Part shown: positions 61,289 to 64,000 of the stretch, in pieces | Layout of the letters: each line of letters begins with the position of its first letter | How positions within the stretch are numbered: position 1 is the first letter of the stretch | From: Candidatus Bathyarchaeota archaeon | GTDB lineage: Archaea; Thermoproteota; Bathyarchaeia; 40CM-2-53-6; RBG-13-38-9 | Length of the DNA stretch: 64,000 nt | Reading direction: 5' to 3' | Assembly (NCBI GenBank): GCA_963807605.1 | Contig: CAWECG010000004.1 | Location: forward strand, 512,001 to 576,000 | Translations under genes and position numbers: made by a program | Notes under the pieces: model-generated | What the model was told of the DNA's origin: nothing | What the model saw: the letters and a program-made list of their open reading frames with translations, nothing else | Database searches by the model: none

Positions 61289-62566
61289 ATGAAGCTGATA
61301 GTTGAGAAGACTGAAGAGATCAGCGGAGAATCAAATGTACCAAGTTCAAAATCGTACACAATTCGCGCTTTCATATTCGCTTCTCTTGCCGAAGGAAAAT
61401 CGACCCTCAAGAACGTGTTGGAGTCAGAAGACACGAATGCCGCAATAGACGCATGCTCAGCATTAGGGGCAAGGATCATTAGAAAGACTGAAGGCGAGTT
61501 TGAGATTATCGGCTTCAATGGACATCCTAACGTGAGAAAAGGTACGATTAATACACTCAATTCGGGAACAACGACGAACTTCATCGCGTCTGTCGCCACG
61601 CTGGCAAACAAGAGAATAACTATCGACGGTGACGAGTCAATAAGAAAAAGGCCTGTTGAGCCTCTGCTGTCAGCATTGAGAAATCTTGGTGCAACAGCCT
61701 TCTCCGTCAACAATAATGGTTGCCCCCCTATAGAAGTGCGGGGAAAAATGAAGGGTGGAAAAACAACGCTGGATTGTGGGAGTTCACAATACCTGTCTAG
61801 TCTTTTGATATCCTGTCCCTTATTGGATCATGACACCGAGATAGAGATCTTGAATCCCTGTGAGATGCCCTATATTGAAATGACATTAAAGTGGCTAGAT
61901 GAACTCGGCATAAGATATGATAACAGAGCTTTCAAGACGATCATTGTTCCTGGAAAACAGAGATACCCTTCGTTTAGGCGGACAATTCCTGCAGATTGGA
62001 GTTCGGCAACATTCGTACTTGTGGCAGGCGCTATGCTCGGATGCAATCTCGCCATTAAGGATCTAGATCTGAAGGATACTCAAGCAGACAGAGAGGTCGT
62101 GAACTATCTCAGGAGAATGGGCTCAGACATTGAGACGAGCGAGAGGAGGATCGTGGTCAACAGGGCACGACTGCTTGGGTGTGAACTTGACCTTAACAAC
62201 ACTCCTGACGCATTGCCCGCAATGGCGGTAATAGGATGCTACGCCGAGGGCAAGACTACTATAAAGAACGTTTCTCACGCTAGAATAAAAGAAACAGATA
62301 GAATCTCCGTGATGACCGAAGAACTCTCCAAGTTGGGTGCCCGAATCAAGGAGACTGATGACGGAATGATTATTGAGCACAGTAGGCTGAAGGGAACGAA
62401 GGTAAGTGGCCATAACGATCATCGTGTCGTCATGGCTTTGAGTCTCGCAGGGATGATTGCTGATGGAAAGACGGAGATTGATACGGCTCAAGCTATAAGC
62501 GTAACATTCCCCAGCTATGTTGAAATAATGAAGAATCTGGGCGCGAGGATGAAATTGGAGGGGTAG
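61289..62566 (+). CDS. aroA: EPSP synthase
   Basis: PSSKS, NSGTT, SSQYLS, KETDRI, DHRVVMA. Confidence 0.95.
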   Translation: MKLIVEKTEEISGESNVPSSKSYTIRAFIFASLAEGKSTLKNVLESEDTNAAIDACSALGARIIRKTEGEFEIIGFNGHPNVRKGTINTLNSGTTTNFIASVATLANKRITIDGDESIRKRPVEPLLSALRNLGATAFSVNNNGCPPIEVRGKMKGGKTTLDCGSSQYLSSLLISCPLLDHDTEIEILNPCEMPYIEMTLKWLDELGIRYDNRAFKTIIVPGKQRYPSFRRTIPADWSSATFVLVAGAMLGCNLAIKDLDLKDTQADREVVNYLRRMGSDIETSERRIVVNRARLLGCELDLNNTPDALPAMAVIGCYAEGKTTIKNVSHARIKETDRISVMTEELSKLGARIKETDDGMIIEHSRLKGTKVSGHNDHRVVMALSLAGMIADGKTEIDTAQAISVTFPSYVEIMKNLGARMKLEG

Positions 62567-62570
62567 TCCA

Positions 62571-63722
62571 TTGTTAGGGAATACGTTTGGCAGGATGTTT
62601 AGGGTCACAACATGTGGAGAATCTTACGGAATAGGTAAAGGAAGCGGCCTAGCCGTAATTGTCGACGGCGTCCCACCCGGAATGGAGATTACTGACGAAA
62701 TGATCCAGAAAGAGATGGACAAGAGACGCCCCGGACAAGGCCAACTTGATTCTCCAAGAAAAGAAACTGATCAGGTTCACATCTTTGCTGGAATCGGCCA
62801 AGACAAGATAACAACAGGTGCCCCCATAGGAATGATTGTCTACAATGTTGACACTCAACAGGTCCACATAGACCAATACCGTGGATACAAGGATCTGATC
62901 AGGCCGGGACATGCAGAATACACTTACTTTCTAAAGTATGGAGATGCCGCCGACTGGTGCGGTGCAGGCAGAGCCTCAGGAAGAGAAACGGTCGGAAGAG
63001 TTGCCGCTGGAGCTTTGGCGAAGATCATTCTCGCCCGAGATCATATTGAGGTAATCGCCTACACGAAGGAATGCATGGGAATAAGAGCCGGGGAGATGAG
63101 TTTTGAAGAGATCAAGCAGGGCTACCGCAAGAATGAGATAAATTGTCCGGATAATGAAGCAGCCGAGAAAATGATACGGAAAGTTACCGAAATAAAGAAA
63201 GAAGGAGACACTGCAGGAGGCGTCGTAGAACTAATTATTCACAATATTCCGGGCGGCTTGGGTGAACCTGTCTTCGATAAATTCAGTGCAATATTGTCGC
63301 ATGCCATAATGAGTATAGGAGCGGTTAAGGGCATTGAATTTGGAGCCGGATTCAAGTGCAGCGATATGAAGGGCTCAGAATTCAATGACCATCCTTACCT
63401 TGAAAATGGCAAAGTCAGATTCAAGACGAATAACGCGGGCGGGGTATTAGGAGGAATGACTAACGGCGAGGATGTCGTTGTTCGAGTCGCTGTAAAGCCT
63501 ACGCCAACAGTCTCCGTGGAACAACCTTCAATCAACATGAAGACACTGAAGGAAGAGATGCTAACCCCGATAACAAGAAGAGATGCAACATTGCTGGGAA
63601 GAATCTATGCTGTTATTGAAGCGATGGGCGCCATTACGACGGTAGATGCATTGTTCATGGATCGCGGCTGGGAAGGAATGACAAGACTTAACAAGAAATG
63701 GATCGATCTGAAAAGGAAATGA
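62571..63722 (+). CDS. aroC: Chorismate synthase (divergent)
   Basis: GNTFG, RRPGQ, RPGHA, RET..RVAAG, GEPVF, NNAGG.LGG, KPTP. Confidence 0.92.
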   Translation: MLGNTFGRMFRVTTCGESYGIGKGSGLAVIVDGVPPGMEITDEMIQKEMDKRRPGQGQLDSPRKETDQVHIFAGIGQDKITTGAPIGMIVYNVDTQQVHIDQYRGYKDLIRPGHAEYTYFLKYGDAADWCGAGRASGRETVGRVAAGALAKIILARDHIEVIAYTKECMGIRAGEMSFEEIKQGYRKNEINCPDNEAAEKMIRKVTEIKKEGDTAGGVVELIIHNIPGGLGEPVFDKFSAILSHAIMSIGAVKGIEFGAGFKCSDMKGSEFNDHPYLENGKVRFKTNNAGGVLGGMTNGEDVVVRVAVKPTPTVSVEQPSINMKTLKEEMLTPITRRDATLLGRIYAVIEAMGAITTVDALFMDRGWEGMTRLNKKWIDLKRK

Positions 63723-63802
63723 GCATTGCCACCAATCCCGCCTTCTTTCTGCTACCTTCTCTTCATTCATTTTGAAAACATAGCCCTTGCGGGAGACCGA
63801 CG

Positions 63803-64000
63803 TTGACGGAAGAAATGGTCAAGTTAAGAAATCACATCGATGGATTAGACGATCAAATACTCACGCTCCTCGAAAAGCGTGTGACGCTGGCAAAGCGAAT
63901 TGCTTTAGTGAAGACAAAGAGCGGAATTCCTATTCGAGATGAGCAACGGGAGAAAGAATTACTGGAGAGAGTCGCCTCACAGGCCGAGAGTCTGGGACTC
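63803..64000 (+). CDS. Chorismate mutase (AroQ type), runs off the window
   Basis: Not in the ORF track: LRNHIDGLDDQILTLLEKRVTLAKRIALVK..SGIPIRDEQRE. Confidence 0.88.
   Translation, partial: MTEEMVKLRNHIDGLDDQILTLLEKRVTLAKRIALVKTKSGIPIRDEQREKELLERVASQAESLGL

Overview
Archaeal chromosomal window, most consistent with Bathyarchaeia (inferred from radA, RqcH, NucS, Sm, RIO2, a lone mtrH-like gene, cofC/cofD, the archaeal ADH-synthase/DHQ-synthase-II aromatic pathway and CFI-box-CTERM surface proteins). The housekeeping blocks are rqcH/radA, nucS-Sm-rio2, pyrG, purA, cofDC, glmS and a lysC-asd-aro operon. Between them lie a surface-protein/GT-C glycosylation region and an AOR-centred catabolic cluster. 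The dominant feature is a dense IS200/IS605 (OMEGA) community: seven tnpB elements from four sequence types, one isrB element with its upstream omega-RNA, one tnpA whose HUH histidines are both replaced, and a 48-bp end-fusion remnant. Element boundaries could be read from guide/cleavage tetranucleotide pairing, giving predicted targets TTAC, TTAG, TTAA and TCAT (=ATGA TAM for IsrB). Three sibling tnpB pairs each have one intact and one frameshifted copy, and three host genes have C-termini supplied by an element left end. Several real genes are missing or mis-started in the ORF track (rqcH, a CTG-start radA, an ATA-start gene, an RHH gene, chorismate mutase). No tRNA, rRNA or CRISPR array was seen. 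All family calls come from motif recognition, not database searches.
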